Part shown: positions 20,541-34,211 of the stretch, piece after piece
Layout: every line of letters begins with the position of its first letter
Position numbering within the stretch: the first letter of the stretch is position 1
Origin: Neoconidiobolus thromboides FSU 785
Taxonomy: Eukaryota > Fungi > Entomophthoromycota
Assembly: GCA_025603075.1 (NCBI GenBank)
Contig: MU626315.1
Coordinates: 1 to 64,000, forward strand
Direction of reading: 5' to 3'
DNA: 64,000 nt
Notes under the pieces: model-generated
What the model was told of the DNA's origin: nothing
Database searches by the model: none
What the model saw: the letters and a program-made list of their open reading frames with translations, nothing else
Made by a program: the position numbers and the translations under genes

Positions 20541-22966
20541 AATAAAAAAAGATGTTTTTATATAAAATTTAAAAAGTGTACTAACAAAATTAGCCTTCAA
20601 AGTGATAACATATGAAATCATACCTACTTGCGACTTATCCATTGGGTTACTCCAATCAATGATTTATAATTGAATTGAGTATCGCTATATGGAATTTCAT
20701 AATAAATGGGGAAATCGTAGCCTAGTAGAATGATTAGCTAATCTATAAACTGCAAGTTAACAATTAGCTAAGGAATTCAATTATCACATCTAGTTAGATT
20801 GAACCAATTAAGTTAATTAAATTGAAATTCACTAATAAATTTGTTAAAATGTCGCACTTTAAGATTTCATTTAAGGATCCTATCCAGTCAAAAACGCACC
20901 TTATTAAATTTTAAAAATAGGATTTGTTATTCTATTTTATAACATAATTTTTAAAAAAATAGAAAACTTTAGCCAATGAAACATGAATAGATTATTAATT
21001 CATCTTTCTATTTTACATAATCCATTAACTATGAATTCATAATACTGAAAATATTCATACTAATGCTTTAAAAGTAAGCTTTGGCTTGAAAATTTTAGAT
21101 ATTTTCTCAAAAAACGGAAAAACTTGAAAAACTTTTCAATTAAACTCGGTCCTATTCCACCTCAATTTTGGTTAATTTTGTTATTTTAATTTTTAGCTAA
21201 TTTCTTTTTTAAGAAGTTTACACTCTTTTTTCTTACCTTTTTTTCAGTATTGTGCCTAAATCTTGAGTTAGTTGTTCTGACTATTATATCATCTTAAAAA
21301 TGCCTAAGTATTTGATTGATAGAGTTACATAGAGTTATAGAACTATTTAACTAACATACTCTTTTTTTATTCAATATCTTCCATTTTATATAATTATAAA
21401 ACTGTTGTTTATTAATAAAACAAACTGTTCTATTAGTGTTTTAATTTCAAAAGCTAAAACTAAATAAGTATTTATAAGATTTTGACTCTATCGACTTCGT
21501 GAAAAAATATTAAGTCATACTAGGAGTTATTATAGGGACTTAAAACAAAAACTTATCTCAGTATTATTTCTATTTAGTTTTTTATACATTTAGAATTGTC
21601 CAAAGCTTCATTCCACTTGTAGTAAATCGCCTCTTATTTCACACGTGAGGATCACTATACAAAGTGGAACTTGAAGCTATAAAATAGAAGCTGACCAAAC
21701 CAAAAGTTGGTGCTACTAAGTTGGAATAATTTGTATTGTTTACACAGCCTTTCCTATTTTATTACGTCCTCTTATAGTCCTATAGCGATTATTATTAGGC
21801 TTTCCATATAAATCCCTTTATTCACAGTAGAAACATTTGAAAGCTTTGCTCATTGAAATTTATTTTTAAAGATAAGAGCTATTTGATGCTATTTAATTTA
21901 ATATAGTTATTTTATAGTTTTAAAAATATATTGCGGATATATTTTTTTACATAATAATCCAATGTTTGGTTTTTCATCAATTCGGTCAATATAATATAAC
22001 TATAGTAAGTTTACATTATAGTTGTTAAGTAAAAAAAATGATACAATTTAGAAATACTATCTATGATATGATAGTTGAATTTTGAAATTGCCAAGAGTCT
22101 CTCATTGTCAGTATTGTTTATTAGAAAATAAAGTAAAAATTAGCTATTAAAAGTAACCTTGTTTTCCATAAAAAGTAACAACTTTTTTTCTACGCTGCTA
22201 ACAATAAGTCATGTTAATTATTAGATTTCTTTTATACAAAATATTATAGTACTTTACAGTTTTTAGTTTGAGTATATTTTATCATTACAGCTCGTCTAGT
22301 TATAAATTTCAAAGGATGTACAAATGTTAGATTCGATCTACAAACTAATAAAATATTATCGATATACCTATTTTCCGCTTCTATAACATATATTTTGTTC
22401 CATCTGAGTCTTTTGAATAAAAATCATATCCCTCTTCTGTGTTTTTAAATATTACAAATTAGTATTTATTATGGCTTAAAAATCTGGTTGAACTTTAAAT
22501 TGAATAAACAAACTTAGGTATTAGAACATTAAAACAATGGAATGATGACTATGATCAAGGATAGTTTATAATTTTTTTAAAGCTCTAGCTTATTGAAGAC
22601 TTTGTATAGAAACAATTCAGATATAGTACATAACCTTTTTGTTAATATTAAGCTAAATTAATTATACCCTATTGCAGATTGTATAGCATTTTATTATATA
22701 GTTATACTATAATATTTAATCAAATATAAAAATTTAGAGTAGATGAATCTGAATTTACTATAACAGTATAATAATATAGTTTATTAAAATTTTCAACTTA
22801 TATAGTAAAGTGTCTCTTTAACTTAGTAGATAATGTATGGAGTTTTGTTTTTTATAATAAAATGCTATTTATAAAAAAAGAAACAGGGAAATAATCACCA
22901 ATTAAAAATTGATAAAATAGCTGTACTTGTAAGTATAATAATACTTTAAATTGATTTTATAATAGT

Positions 22967-23073
22967 ATTTGGGAGTGTCTTTTTTAACTTCATTATTTCT
23001 TCCATTTTTTAAGCGCTATCTAAACGGAAAATTTGCTAACAAAATTCTTAAATACAAAAATACATCCCCATTT
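22967..23073 (+). mobile_element. MITE-like element, copy 7
   Basis: tttgggagtgt...ttttaagcgctatctaaacggaaaatttgctaacaaaattcttaaatacaaaaatacatcccca. Confidence 0.8.
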
Positions 23074-23466
23074 ACTAGAATGATTTCAGTAGCTTTTTAA
23101 GAACCTTTATTTGTTATAGTAGAATTCCTCCAACTTAAAAAATTAAAAATCTAATTGAAACTAAGAAAGAATTTTGAAAACAATCTAATTATACACTAAA
23201 ATCAATTATTAACAACCTTAGGATTTTATTACATTTTAATAATGATAAGTAATAGGAACATTTTGAAAGCAAGTCAAAGTATTCACAATAATTTGATGTA
23301 TATGCATATATTGTTTTATTGCTTTTACAACAATTAATCCCTTATAATATTTTCTATACTATTTATGTTTGTATTATAGCATATAAATCCAAGACGGGAA
23401 GTTTATCTCTCACCTCTGGCTATTTTTATTATAAGATTAGACTAATTTTCTAAAAAAACACCCCTA

Positions 23467-23563
23467 AGTGTTTTTTTTGGGTTTATCACTTTTTCCATCT
23501 TTTGAGCATTATTTGAGCGGAAAAATTATTAATAAAATTATTAAACAAAAATACATTCCCATT
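23467..23563 (+). mobile_element. MITE-like element, copy 8 (left end damaged)
   Basis: tttttccatcttttgagcattatttgagcggaaaaatt...aaaatacattccca. Confidence 0.7.
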
Positions 23564-24765
23564 TGTGAAAAAATAAAGACAATAAATAGAAAAATAAAAA
23601 GTTAGTATAATAGCAAGGGTTTAGTTTAAGATTTTCAATAGAATTGATGTACAAAATAGAAAGTGGAGCATGTATATGTTAGATAGATAGCCCATAAGTT
23701 TTAATTCTGCGACGAATTAATTTAGGTGGCACTTTGATTGATATAGTTTTATTTTATAAGTAATAAAAATAAGCTTTGATCTTTTCTAAGACTAACATAA
23801 TGATACAAAACCCTGTTTAATGTTAGAGATAAAAGTAAGCTGCCTATAAAACGTAATTTGTTAATTTTTGAATATTATCAACCTAAACTACCTTGATCAA
23901 ATCATTTATTAATTACTCAAGCATTTGTTTTCAAAGCTAAATTATAATTTCAAGCTCTATTTTTAACTTAAATAATATAAAAATAGAAAGAATTGAAGCA
24001 CATTTTATTTTTAATTTTAATGACACTCAAAATTAATTTTATAAAACATATCTAATTTCAGGGATGTTTTAGCAAAGGAGGGATATGTAATAATAAAATA
24101 TTGATATTGTATTTGAATGTCAGAGTCATTTAATTTATATTTTATATTTCATATAATAAACTTTAGTTAATAATCATTCTAACCTTAAAATAATATAATA
24201 TAAGCACATTGAATTAGATAAAATATAAATTTATCTATCTTAATTGGGATAAGTTTAAATGTAAAGTTTCAGCTTTCTAAATTAAGATCAAATGTCGATA
24301 ACTTAGTAATGTTTCAAATACTACTAATAACTATAATCAAAGTAAATAATCTAACAGTAGTGAAAATAGAATAAAGTATATATATATGAAACTACAATAC
24401 TGAAAATTTTAGCCTTTAATCCGTAATTGTTAACACAATAAATAAAAGAATAGTAGCTTGAAGTATCAATTTTTCCGTTTACTTGAATAATTTAACAAAT
24501 TCCCATGATACTTTGAAAGCTTAATGATTGGCCGATTACATTCAGTATGAAAATTGACTCTATCAAAAACTCCATCTACCATCCAGCCTAAAGTAACTTA
24601 ATTGGCTGATTTAGGACAAAGCAGACATAAACAAGTGATGATTCGTTTCTACAAAGTTTAAGGCTCAATCAAAGCTTTTAAAAAAAGCCAACTAATTTCT
24701 CTTCACCAATATTAACTAATATAAACCCAAATTCAATATTGTAAATATTAACCGTTTATCTGGCT

Positions 24766-27700
24766 ATGTCTTTGACAGCTTTGAATAATCAAAGACAATT
24801 GATAAGCAATAATCAACCCTTACCGGTAAAAAATAGATCTCAAACTTATAATCCTTCAAAAAGTGGTACTACAACCAAAATTAATTCTCATTCCCAAGCT
24901 AGTGGTAATCCAGCTTCAAAGGCAAGTACGCCTTTATTGGTGCCAAAGCAAGCGATGCAGCCAGCACTTATCAAACATCAGAAATCTAACTCAATGTCTT
25001 CGGTTTCAAATACCCAGGTCAACGCGTATCGTAGTGGTGACAAGATGCAGAAAAACACGGTAGCTAATGGCTTGCAGGGTATGGACAGTAAATTTCTTTT
25101 ATACTAAAGAATGATAATTGATTAAGATTATATTAGATGGTAAAAAAGCCTTACAAGGTACCCCAAAGCAGTGGGATCTTGTGTCGTACCCACCAATTAC
25201 TTCAAAAAAAGTAGAAGGGATCAAAAAGTTAACAAGAGAAACTCAAGTTCAAGGCCAAGTAAAAGCTAGCTATAGAAGTTCTACTCAGTAAACTATTTTT
25301 AATTTTTTTTAGCTTAGTATTAATTATTAGTTCAAGCCATCTGAAAAGTAATAGCGATACCTCTATTAATGGATTTAAGCCTGATCCTCTGGTTGCTCGT
25401 AACTTGGCTTCAGTTAAGCCTTTGAAATCAGTTTCTTCTCGTGTTCAAATGCAGTCTTCGGCTATTACTTTGGAAAGTATTATTTTTACCTTTATAATTA
25501 TTTGTATTAAGATTTTTATAGAAAAGAAAATCGAGTCAAATTTAATTAAAAATAGTAATCTCATTATAAATTATTTCTGTTACAGTCTAAATTATTTGCT
25601 TTAGAAAAACCTATTCCACAGGTAAATGGTATGAGTATATCGCAAGCAGAATCTGTAATTAGAGCTAGTAAGTTGTCTATCCATAGTAATAAAGTAAATT
25701 AATTAATTTCCCAGAAAAATCACTACAACCAGTGCATACTATTGGTACTATACAAACAATGAATGGTGGTGAACCTTTAAAAAAACAATACAGTTCAAGT
25801 TCACAAAATCTTAAACTGTCAAGTAGTGGAAAACCGCTTACCTCAGTGTCAAGGTCTGCAATTAAAAGTACAGCAATTGACCTAAAAACTATAAAGCCTA
25901 GAACAGGGGCAGTAAATGGGGTATCTTCTGTTAAGAAAAGTACAACGATGGCAACTTCATTGAGTTCGAACGGACTAAAACCAAAGATTGAAAATGATAA
26001 AGGAACCATGAGGAATACAATCTCAAATAAAGCAGTGCCTACTAAGCTTTTGAGTCAAAACAAATCAGCTTCTGCTAGTTCATCTAGTTTGTACTCAAAG
26101 CCTGCTTCCGTTGCATTAACTAAAACTACTTCTTCTATTATGACTAAAAAAACTAGCTCAACAATTCAACCAGTCAAGCGATCAGAACCATTAATACGTA
26201 AAAAAGAAACTAAAGTAGCTACGGATACTAAAGATACTCTTAAACCTAAAACATATTCTGATTTGAAAGCCAGAAGTTCTAACACCATTCCCCTTAAAAA
26301 CCCCTCTGCCTCAAATTTACAACTTAAGGTATTCATTATTATCTAACTATTATGATTAATTAATTTGTTAATTATGTTTTAGGCTTCAAGTACCACTGCT
26401 ATTAGCAAACCAAACACTTTAAATGTTACTGGAGTGAAAGTAGGGGTGTCAAGTTCATCAGTCAAAAAGACGCCTATTAATTCAAAGTTAGGTAGCACTA
26501 GTTCTCCCAGAACCATCGGTATAAGAATTGGCAGCACAGCTAACAAAGCTAGTCCATTAGTTAATGGTACTAAAAATGTACAAATGATGAATATGAGCAT
26601 TAAATCCAGCGCTTCTAAAATTCAACTTAAACAACATTCTTCTCTCCTTGAACATAAATCTTCTTCAAAAACCCTGAGATCTCAGTCTTATACTGCTGGT
26701 TCCTATTTCTCAGAACGTGCTCCTTCCTCCATCTCAACATCTTCTAATTATTCTACTCAACCTATGGGACCTTATGGTAAGCACCTATTTTATAAATTGT
26801 GACTATAATTTAACTTTATTTCAGAGGTCCTCAATTCCTTCCGCCACCTACTTACGTTTGAGGAACAAACTGAGATTATTTCTTACCCAAAAATCTTTTA
26901 CTTTGGTGCTAAATGTAAAAAGAAGGATTTAAACGCTTCATTTAAAAGTAAAATCATTTTTGGTTATTTAGTAGTAATGATACTAATTGTTATTTTATTA
27001 GGCTTTAATACTAAAGATGGAGATTATATTTATACTTTACACGATCATTTAGCTTATCGCTATGAGATTTTAAAATCGCTTGGTAAGGGTTCTTTTGGTC
27101 AAGTGATAAAAGCTTACGATTATAAGTCTGGACAAGAAGTGGCAATTAAAATTATACGTAGCACCGAAAGGTTCCATCGTCAAGCATTGACTGAAATATC
27201 GATTTTAGAATCGATTACACGATGGGATAAGGATGGCTTAAGTAACGTGATCCACATTAAAGAACAATTTAGTTTTAGAGATCATCTGTGCATTGTTACT
27301 GAATTATACGGGATGAATCTTTATGAACATATTAAAGCACATAAGTTTAAAGGATTCAATCCTTCAATTGTAAGAGGTTATGCAATTCAAATGTTGATGT
27401 GTTTAAAGATGCTCAAAGAGCATAACATCATCCACTGTGATTTAAAACCAGAAAATGTATTGATTTCAGATCGAGCAGGTAAAAAACTTAAAGTGATTGA
27501 TTTCGGATCGAGTTGTTTTGTATCTCAACGTATTTACACTTATATTCAATCTCGCTTTTATCGATCGCCTGAAGTTATTTTAGAACACAGTTATGATTGT
27601 GCAATCGATATGTGGAGTTTTGGTTGTATTTTAGTAGAACTTACCACTGGTTATCCCATCTTCCCTGGGGAATCGGAAAATGAACAGATGGCTTTAATAA

Positions 27701-28254
27701 TTGAGTGTTGTGGAACACCGCCTTCTAGTATGCTTTCAGGATGTAAAAGAAGATATTCCTTCTTTGGTAATCATTTGTTTTAATATCAAATGTTTCAGTA
27801 TTAACGTTTCCATTTTATAGACTCCAATAATCAACCGCGCCCTTCTTTAGCACTAAAATATAATATCAAACCATTTGGTAAACCACTAAGCGATATTTTA
27901 CCAAACGCAGATCCAGCGTTTTTAGACTTTTTGATTGGCTGTTTACAGATCGATCCGAAAGGAAGGTTGCCTGTTGAAATTGCTTTGGAACACCCTTACA
28001 TCACTGGGGGTCCTGGTACTACTCTCCCTATTGAATTACCACCTTATACATTTACAGAAAATACAGAAAAGGCAATCAAACTTCAAGGTATTGAAGAAGA
28101 TGAGAGGGATAGCCCTTCGCCAAGTGAAATGTCAGAGACGCGTAAAGCATATGTCGAGAGTTATTTGAAAGAAAGGGTGAATTTTGATGGCACGAGTTAT
28201 AAAGAGTGTAAAAGTAAATTTGAAGAAGAAAATGGGTTGAACTATCCTTATTAA
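24766..28254 (+). CDS. Class-2 DYRK (Pom1/DYRK2-like) kinase with long Ser/Thr/Lys-rich N-terminus, multi-exon
   Basis: GKGSFGQV, VAIKII, HCDLKPEN, DFGSSC, YTYIQSRFYRSPEV activation loop; DH box GDYIYTLHDHLAYRYE; N-terminal ORFs 24766, 25732 and 26434 are joinable by GT-AG introns (N-terminal exon structure not fully resolved). Confidence 0.9.
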
Positions 28255-28693
28255 TAAGAAGCTTTAAAAAAAGAAGTCTGATCTTAAAAATTTTTGCTAA
28301 AATGTAATTTTATTGGCTTTGGATGGGTTAATAGAACCTTTGACCTGGATCTTTTTTGTCCATAAAAAATAAGGTTTTAATTAGTTAAATTATAATTTAT
28401 TATGATATCCATTTTTAAATTTTATTGGCATTTAGCTACTTCTTTTTGAACTTTTCATCATACTTAAATCTAAAACAACCTTTATTGTTTATATAAAATC
28501 ATCAAAATAAAAGTCTTACTAAAAATATTAAGCTTTAAATTAAAAAAATAAACTGTTTAATCATATTTAATTCTTTTTTACACAAAATCTTAACAAAACT
28601 TAAAAATCCTTTTTCATATAACAAAACCAAAACTTATTTTACTAAACCAAGAACAGCAATATATATTTTCATACCACCATTTAATTCATCACT

Positions 28694-30490
28694 TTACTCT
28701 AAAATAGGTATCGGTGCCGCAAACAAATCCATCAACTCTTTAGATCTCTGGTGATCAATTAGTATCCCAAAATAAAAATTAACACTTCTAATATTAGTAA
28801 TACAACTACGTTCCGATCCAAAGTGACCCAACTCCGAATCTTCTATCTTTGTAAACTTAGCAAAGGTCGAGTGTACTGCAAACGACAGAATGACACTATT
28901 CATCTTAAGCAATGGGCCAAACTTAAAAAAATCCCCTTTCATCGATTCAGCTAAAAAAGTGATTGAACAAGCGGACAAAAACATTTGTTTTCGTAAATTG
29001 GGCATGATTAATTTACTAATGGCAGGGGCTATAAGGTATGCTTTTAAATATAAATAAATTTGAGCAACATGGTAAAATAAATGAAAGAGCAATAAAGAAT
29101 AGATAGAAAATAGATGCTTGTTAGATAATTCAAATTGTTTAAGTACATTAGCACACACAAGTTCAAGTTGTTTTTCAAACCTTGATATAAAACTTTCAAG
29201 CTCGCATGATGTGTTATGAAATTTCGCACTTCCACTATGGATGCTTTCAATGATCTCACATATTTTTACTGAAGCTAAGAAGCAGACTTGACAAAATGAA
29301 GAACCTGGAAAAGACTCCATAGGTGCAATAGTAGTTAAATTTAAATACGTATCCATGTCAAGATAAGGTCTTAATTTGCTTAAATTAAACCCTCTACCAC
29401 GGGTAAGGTTACATATTTTATCTTGCATATAACAGCATCGTAATAAATTCAATGCTTCAGAACGTTTTTCACCTTCAAGTGACAGTTGGTTGAAATCATT
29501 TAAACCCAAGTTTTGTATCATGTTATATTGTATTGCATTCAACTTTTCAACCAAAGAACATTCTCCATTGTAAAGCAATAAAATAGCTTGAAGTGAAGCT
29601 ATGGTTGGGTTAGCTATGTTTTCGTCCATAAGTGCGAGTGCTTTTTGATGAAAGTGTTTGGATAGTTCAAATCTACAGCCATTGAAATACATAGGTAGTG
29701 AAGCAAGGTAAGGGCTAGCAACAAAATAAATGGCATTAAGCAACATAGGGTTGATATAGCTGTTTGGATTACTTAAAGTCTTAAAAAATAGGTTTCTAGA
29801 AATTAAAGGGAAAAAAGAGTTAACTTGATTAAAGTAAACATTAATAAGGTGCAAGCTTTGTGCTCTCGAAATTTCAAAATCGAATTTTGTTCTCGTGAGA
29901 TATGTTGGGATATAGTCAAGTCCATTTAGTATTACTTTACAGTCCTGGCATGAGTTTTGTTCACAGCAAGTATTGATGGTGTACGTGTTATATAGTTTAC
30001 TTTTCCCTATATTGAATTTACTTGTGGCTTGGTTGAAGATCCATTTATCCAAATCATGGACCATACTCTCCATATTAGGGCCTACAATATCCACTATTTG
30101 TAGCAAAGGAAAATAGTTACTACGGACGGGACTGGAGTCCGCTAAGGAGGATAATGGAGAAAATCTTGTTGAGTTTGGGCTGGGATCCTTACTTGAGTCA
30201 GGAGAGTCAGGAGAGTCAGTTTTCAAAGTAAATTTGATATTATAAGGTTTTTTATTCTTTTCAACTTTTACTTTTTTCTGGGTTTTAATTTTAAACATGT
30301 GGATATTAGAAGAAGCTGAATCATAAAATCTCTTTAACTCATTACATAAAATTAACTTTTTAGAATAGCTACATAGTACTTTCTTTTTAATACATGAAGA
30401 ACAAATCGTTTCTCTATCACATTTCGTTTTGCTCTTTCGACATGGGTCGCATGCCACTAAAAATTTGCTTTTATAATCTACTTTATCCAT
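28694..30490 (-). CDS. Zn(II)2Cys6 transcription factor with fungal-specific TF domain (598 aa)
   Basis: ACDPCRKSKTKCDRETICSSCIKKKVLCSY; LINVYFNQVNSFFPLI...MLLNAIYFVAS middle region. Confidence 0.92.
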   Translation of the reverse strand: MDKVDYKSKFLVACDPCRKSKTKCDRETICSSCIKKKVLCSYSKKLILCNELKRFYDSASSNIHMFKIKTQKKVKVEKNKKPYNIKFTLKTDSPDSPDSSKDPSPNSTRFSPLSSLADSSPVRSNYFPLLQIVDIVGPNMESMVHDLDKWIFNQATSKFNIGKSKLYNTYTINTCCEQNSCQDCKVILNGLDYIPTYLTRTKFDFEISRAQSLHLINVYFNQVNSFFPLISRNLFFKTLSNPNSYINPMLLNAIYFVASPYLASLPMYFNGCRFELSKHFHQKALALMDENIANPTIASLQAILLLYNGECSLVEKLNAIQYNMIQNLGLNDFNQLSLEGEKRSEALNLLRCCYMQDKICNLTRGRGFNLSKLRPYLDMDTYLNLTTIAPMESFPGSSFCQVCFLASVKICEIIESIHSGSAKFHNTSCELESFISRFEKQLELVCANVLKQFELSNKHLFSIYSLLLFHLFYHVAQIYLYLKAYLIAPAISKLIMPNLRKQMFLSACSITFLAESMKGDFFKFGPLLKMNSVILSFAVHSTFAKFTKIEDSELGHFGSERSCITNIRSVNFYFGILIDHQRSKELMDLFAAPIPILE

Positions 30491-31206
30491 GATTGATATT
30501 ATGAATGGAACTTTTGTTAGTTTAAGGAAAATTTAAAAAAGTGATTGTTGATGAAATAGAATTAAAGTTCATAAATAAGCTTCTAAAAAAAGAAACAGGG
30601 GGACCAATACGATTGAGTTGATCGAGTTCTTTAATCAATTATTTGATAGGCTTAGCTAAGCGAAATTATTATTAATAAGGTTTATTATTTTATGAAGATA
30701 TCAATTTTAAATATGTAATGATAATAATTATGATAAGTATAAATATATTTAGTGTGGCCCAATTTTATTTACTTTTGACATGTTGACTGTTTAGAACTGA
30801 TGGATATCTTAAATTAAAACTACAAATTCTTTTATTTTTGAAATTACATATCAGTGTTGATTTGTATTTAAAAATGAGCTAATTATTACAACTTTGTTTT
30901 ACACCTTAAACTAATTACCAGCATAACTTATAAATTTAATTGATTTGGTGTTCTTGTTGAGTTTAAATTTTTAGTTTAAATATTAACTAAATTCATTATC
31001 ATAATTTTGTGATGTTATACATAGCTCAGTTATTCTTCATTCTGATTAATTTACAATTCATATATATTTTATTATCATTAAAATCAATATTTGCTTATAA
31101 TACACAATTTCAAATATACATTAATATAGCTATTTATTTTTCTGTATTCAATACATATAATACAAACCATGGAATTAAGAGTAGACTCAGAATTATGTTC
31201 ACCCAA

Positions 31207-31979
31207 TCAGTTGCCTTTATGGTTAAGAGTGGGATCCGCTGATTGAGTAGGTAAGTTAGGCAACATGTTCATAGTTTGCTGTGGTTGTGGTGCTATTTGT
31301 TGGATAGGTGGTCGAACTCCCATAGTACTGAATTGCCCTGAAGTTTGAATATACTGCTGTATAACATTACAGCTGCAATTTCTGTGTGCTAATAGTTGGT
31401 TTTTAAGTACAAGTACTTCATCTTTAAGCTGATTGACCATCATTTGGAGCGCTTTATTACGGGCAGCTGCTTGATCAGCTTGGGTTGCAAGTTGTTGCAT
31501 CCAAAGCTTCTTCTTTTGTCTACATTTGGATGCTATATGTTACACTATTAGTATTATTCTTTGTGTGTCTTAATAGAAAACTAACCAGCTATTCTGTTAC
31601 GCTCTAAGAACTTGAGTCTTTTTGCTTCAGCGTCCTCTTCATTAGTTTGACTACTTTTTTCTTTATCCCCAGGGCTGCTTTGCCTTGAACTTTGCCCATT
31701 GCCATTATTGTCTTTAGATTTGGAGTTCACTATAAATAAAATATTAGTATTTGTTAGATAACCAATCAGTTTAAAGAAAGTACTGAATGAGTTATACGAA
31801 TTGTAGTTAGGTTCTAGATAGAATTTTAGATAAAAAAAGTTAGTATAAAAATACTTACCTTGGAAACTAGCTTCAAAAGGATTAGGTTCTTGATTATTGA
31901 ACATATATGCATCTTTATTACTTTTAGTATTATCTCTCTTCATAATATTAATTATGTTACCTTGACTTCCTCCATTCAT
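31207..31979 (-). CDS. atf1: ATF/CREB bZIP transcription factor (Atf1/ATF2-like), 4 exons
   Basis: EPNPFEASF motif; KRLKFLERNRIA|ASKCRQKKKLWMQQL basic region across an intron; leucine zipper followed by LLAHRNC. Confidence 0.85.
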
Positions 31980-33601
31980 TGCTCTCGAGTTAACGTCATT
32001 AAACTATAAACAGTATTAGAATATATAAATCTATATGGCAGTATAAAAGGCTTACATTATTATTGTTTTGTGTTGATGGTAAGTGGCTCATAGTTTTAAA
32101 TTCTAATTAAATCATTTATATTAGAATTAAATCTTAATTTTAGGTGGAGTTGAAAGATATAAAATTGGATCATAATGAGCAAAATGGAATTTATGTCACT
32201 TACTAAACAATGAAAAGTTTCGTAGTTATGATAAAAGATTAAAAAACGAAAGGAAATTTTCTTTTAATTTCTCTTAAATTTTGGATTAAAACTAGAAAAA
32301 TTACCTAATGGTTATCTGTAAATTACATCATGCCCTGAATTTGAGATTAAATCATTACATCATGCTCCAATCCAAATTCCGTTATCTCATCTCTTGTTCT
32401 CAATTGGTTGGCGCATTAAATTATAGCATTTGATTTGTTAGTTTTAAGGTTTGTCCTGTTGCAGTTTTGGCCATTTTTGCAATTGACATGTGGAATACAA
32501 CTTATCTGGAAATAATTTATGATTTGGATTTAAAATAGCATGGAATAAATTTAGTGGGCACAAATTAAATTTATAGAACTGAAGTCAAAATTAATGAACT
32601 AAGTGTTAGACACCTCCATTGACCCCTTTAAATTTATTTTATTTTTGATATAATTTTTACAACTGCTTTTTAGTTGCTTATGAAATACTGTTAAGTATTG
32701 ATTTAAGTTCATCAAAGTGAATTAAAACTGTTACATTTGGTACGTTAGTCAAACTTAACCGAAAAGACATGCCCAAATATCCATTAAAAATAATATCGCT
32801 TTAAGCTAAAGTTAAAATATACAATTAAGGAATTTAAAGCAACAAACTGGGGAAAGAAAAGTTGATTTAATATAACAACTTGAGCCTTTGTAACATCAAA
32901 TCCATGTAGCCTGTAAGCTAAGAAGTTCAATATCTTTTTTATGTGCTCTCAAAGATCGTTTATTTTTACAAGCAAAGATGATGACTGAAGTATCTAAGTC
33001 AGCAATATATTTAGTTCTTTCCTAGATTTGCCCAATAAAAAGCTATTGGTTGGGATTGGGATACCCAGAATCTAATCTATTTTCTTAACTCCTTAAAGGT
33101 TTTGAGTTCGATCCTACTTCTACCAATCTAAGGTAGAAAGCATTAGACTTCTACTTTCTGTAAAAACCATTAAAATTGTACTAAAAATCTTACAAAGGAG
33201 AATGTTCATGCCGTTCACTTTATTTGTTTTCAATAATAAAATACTTTGGCTCAGTACTTTTAAGAATTCTATAAAAAAACAATAGTCAAAAAATAAAATG
33301 GTTGGCATTGCTTGATTTAAACCTAATTTAAAAATTCATTTTAGTTTAAAAAACTTGATTTCGAAAATATTATTTTATAATAATCCTGTACTATTGCAGA
33401 TAGAGTGTTTCCGAAATATAAAAGTGTATTTGTTTACAACATAATTATCAAAAAAATAGAATACAATCTGCAGCTACGGTTTTATAAAATGATAACACTT
33501 AAGTTTAAAAGTCTCTTATAAATACTTATCTCAATTAAATTAACACAGGTCAATTGGTTTAATATATTGTATATTTTTGAGCTTTTTCATTATAAAAAAT
33601 A

Positions 33602-33704
33602 ATATGGGGATGTATTTTTATGTTCAAGAATTTTACTAACAAATTTCCTATTCAAATATTGCTTAAAAGATGGAAAAAGTAGAAGCTAAAAAAATATCCC
33701 TATA
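33602..33704 (-). mobile_element. MITE-like element, copy 9
   Basis: atatggggatgtattttt...aagaattttactaacaaat...aaaatatccctata. Confidence 0.8.
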
Positions 33705-33891
33705 TATTATAATTTCCTTTTGAAAATTGCTTTAAAAACTAACAGTTTGCCACTTTTTAATGTGCATCACCTTTATGTTAAAAAATGTACTAGCTTTCTA
33801 AACATCTTTTAAAGGTTTTCAATAAAAAGAAGAATAAGACTATATAGCTTTATTAGTTTATAAAATAAAATACTTGTTATATGTATTTCAA

Positions 33892-34211
33892 TTAAAAGAA
33901 GAGTTGTAAGAAAGAGAGGAAACCTAAAAAAGATAGATATTAAAAAAGATAGAAGCTTATTCAATTAAAAAGCTTACCAGATATTAAGAAGATGGCTAAT
34001 ACAACATAAACCAAATATCTTTTTCTTTGCTCATTAATTTTAGCAATCTCTTCAGGGTCTTTTTTCTTTTTTAATGTGGTGGGCACACTCCCTTTTTTTA
34101 ATACATTTTCTTGAAACGCTTGATTTTTACGACGTTGAACTGGAGTTTGAGGCTAGTTGAAACCATTAGTTTAACAGGAAGGAAGCTAAATTGAAACTAT
34201 CTAGTTACCAT
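33892..34211 (-). CDS. SERP1: SERP1/RAMP4 (Ysy6-like) small ER membrane protein, 69 aa, 3 exons
   Basis: Exons 34211-34209 (ATG only), 34152-33978, 33923-33892 (210 nt): MPQTPVQRRKNQAFQENVLKKGSVPTTLKKKKDPEEIAKINEQRKRYLVYVVLAIFLISGFLSFLQLFF. Not in ORF track. Confidence 0.8.

Noticed and set aside
33095-33125. tRNA-like T-loop GAGTTCGATCC
   Set aside because: No T-stem, acceptor stem or anticodon arm can be built
32860-33308. Possible decayed non-LTR reverse transcriptase on the minus strand (ILFFDY..EFLKVL, GVK, YIAD)
   Set aside because: Motif order is suggestive but residues and spacing are too degenerate to support without a profile search
33369-33493. Degenerate inverted repeat around TGCAGAT/ATCTGCA, possibly a second MITE family
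   Set aside because: Arms too mismatched; only a 12-bp echo elsewhere (about 22673)
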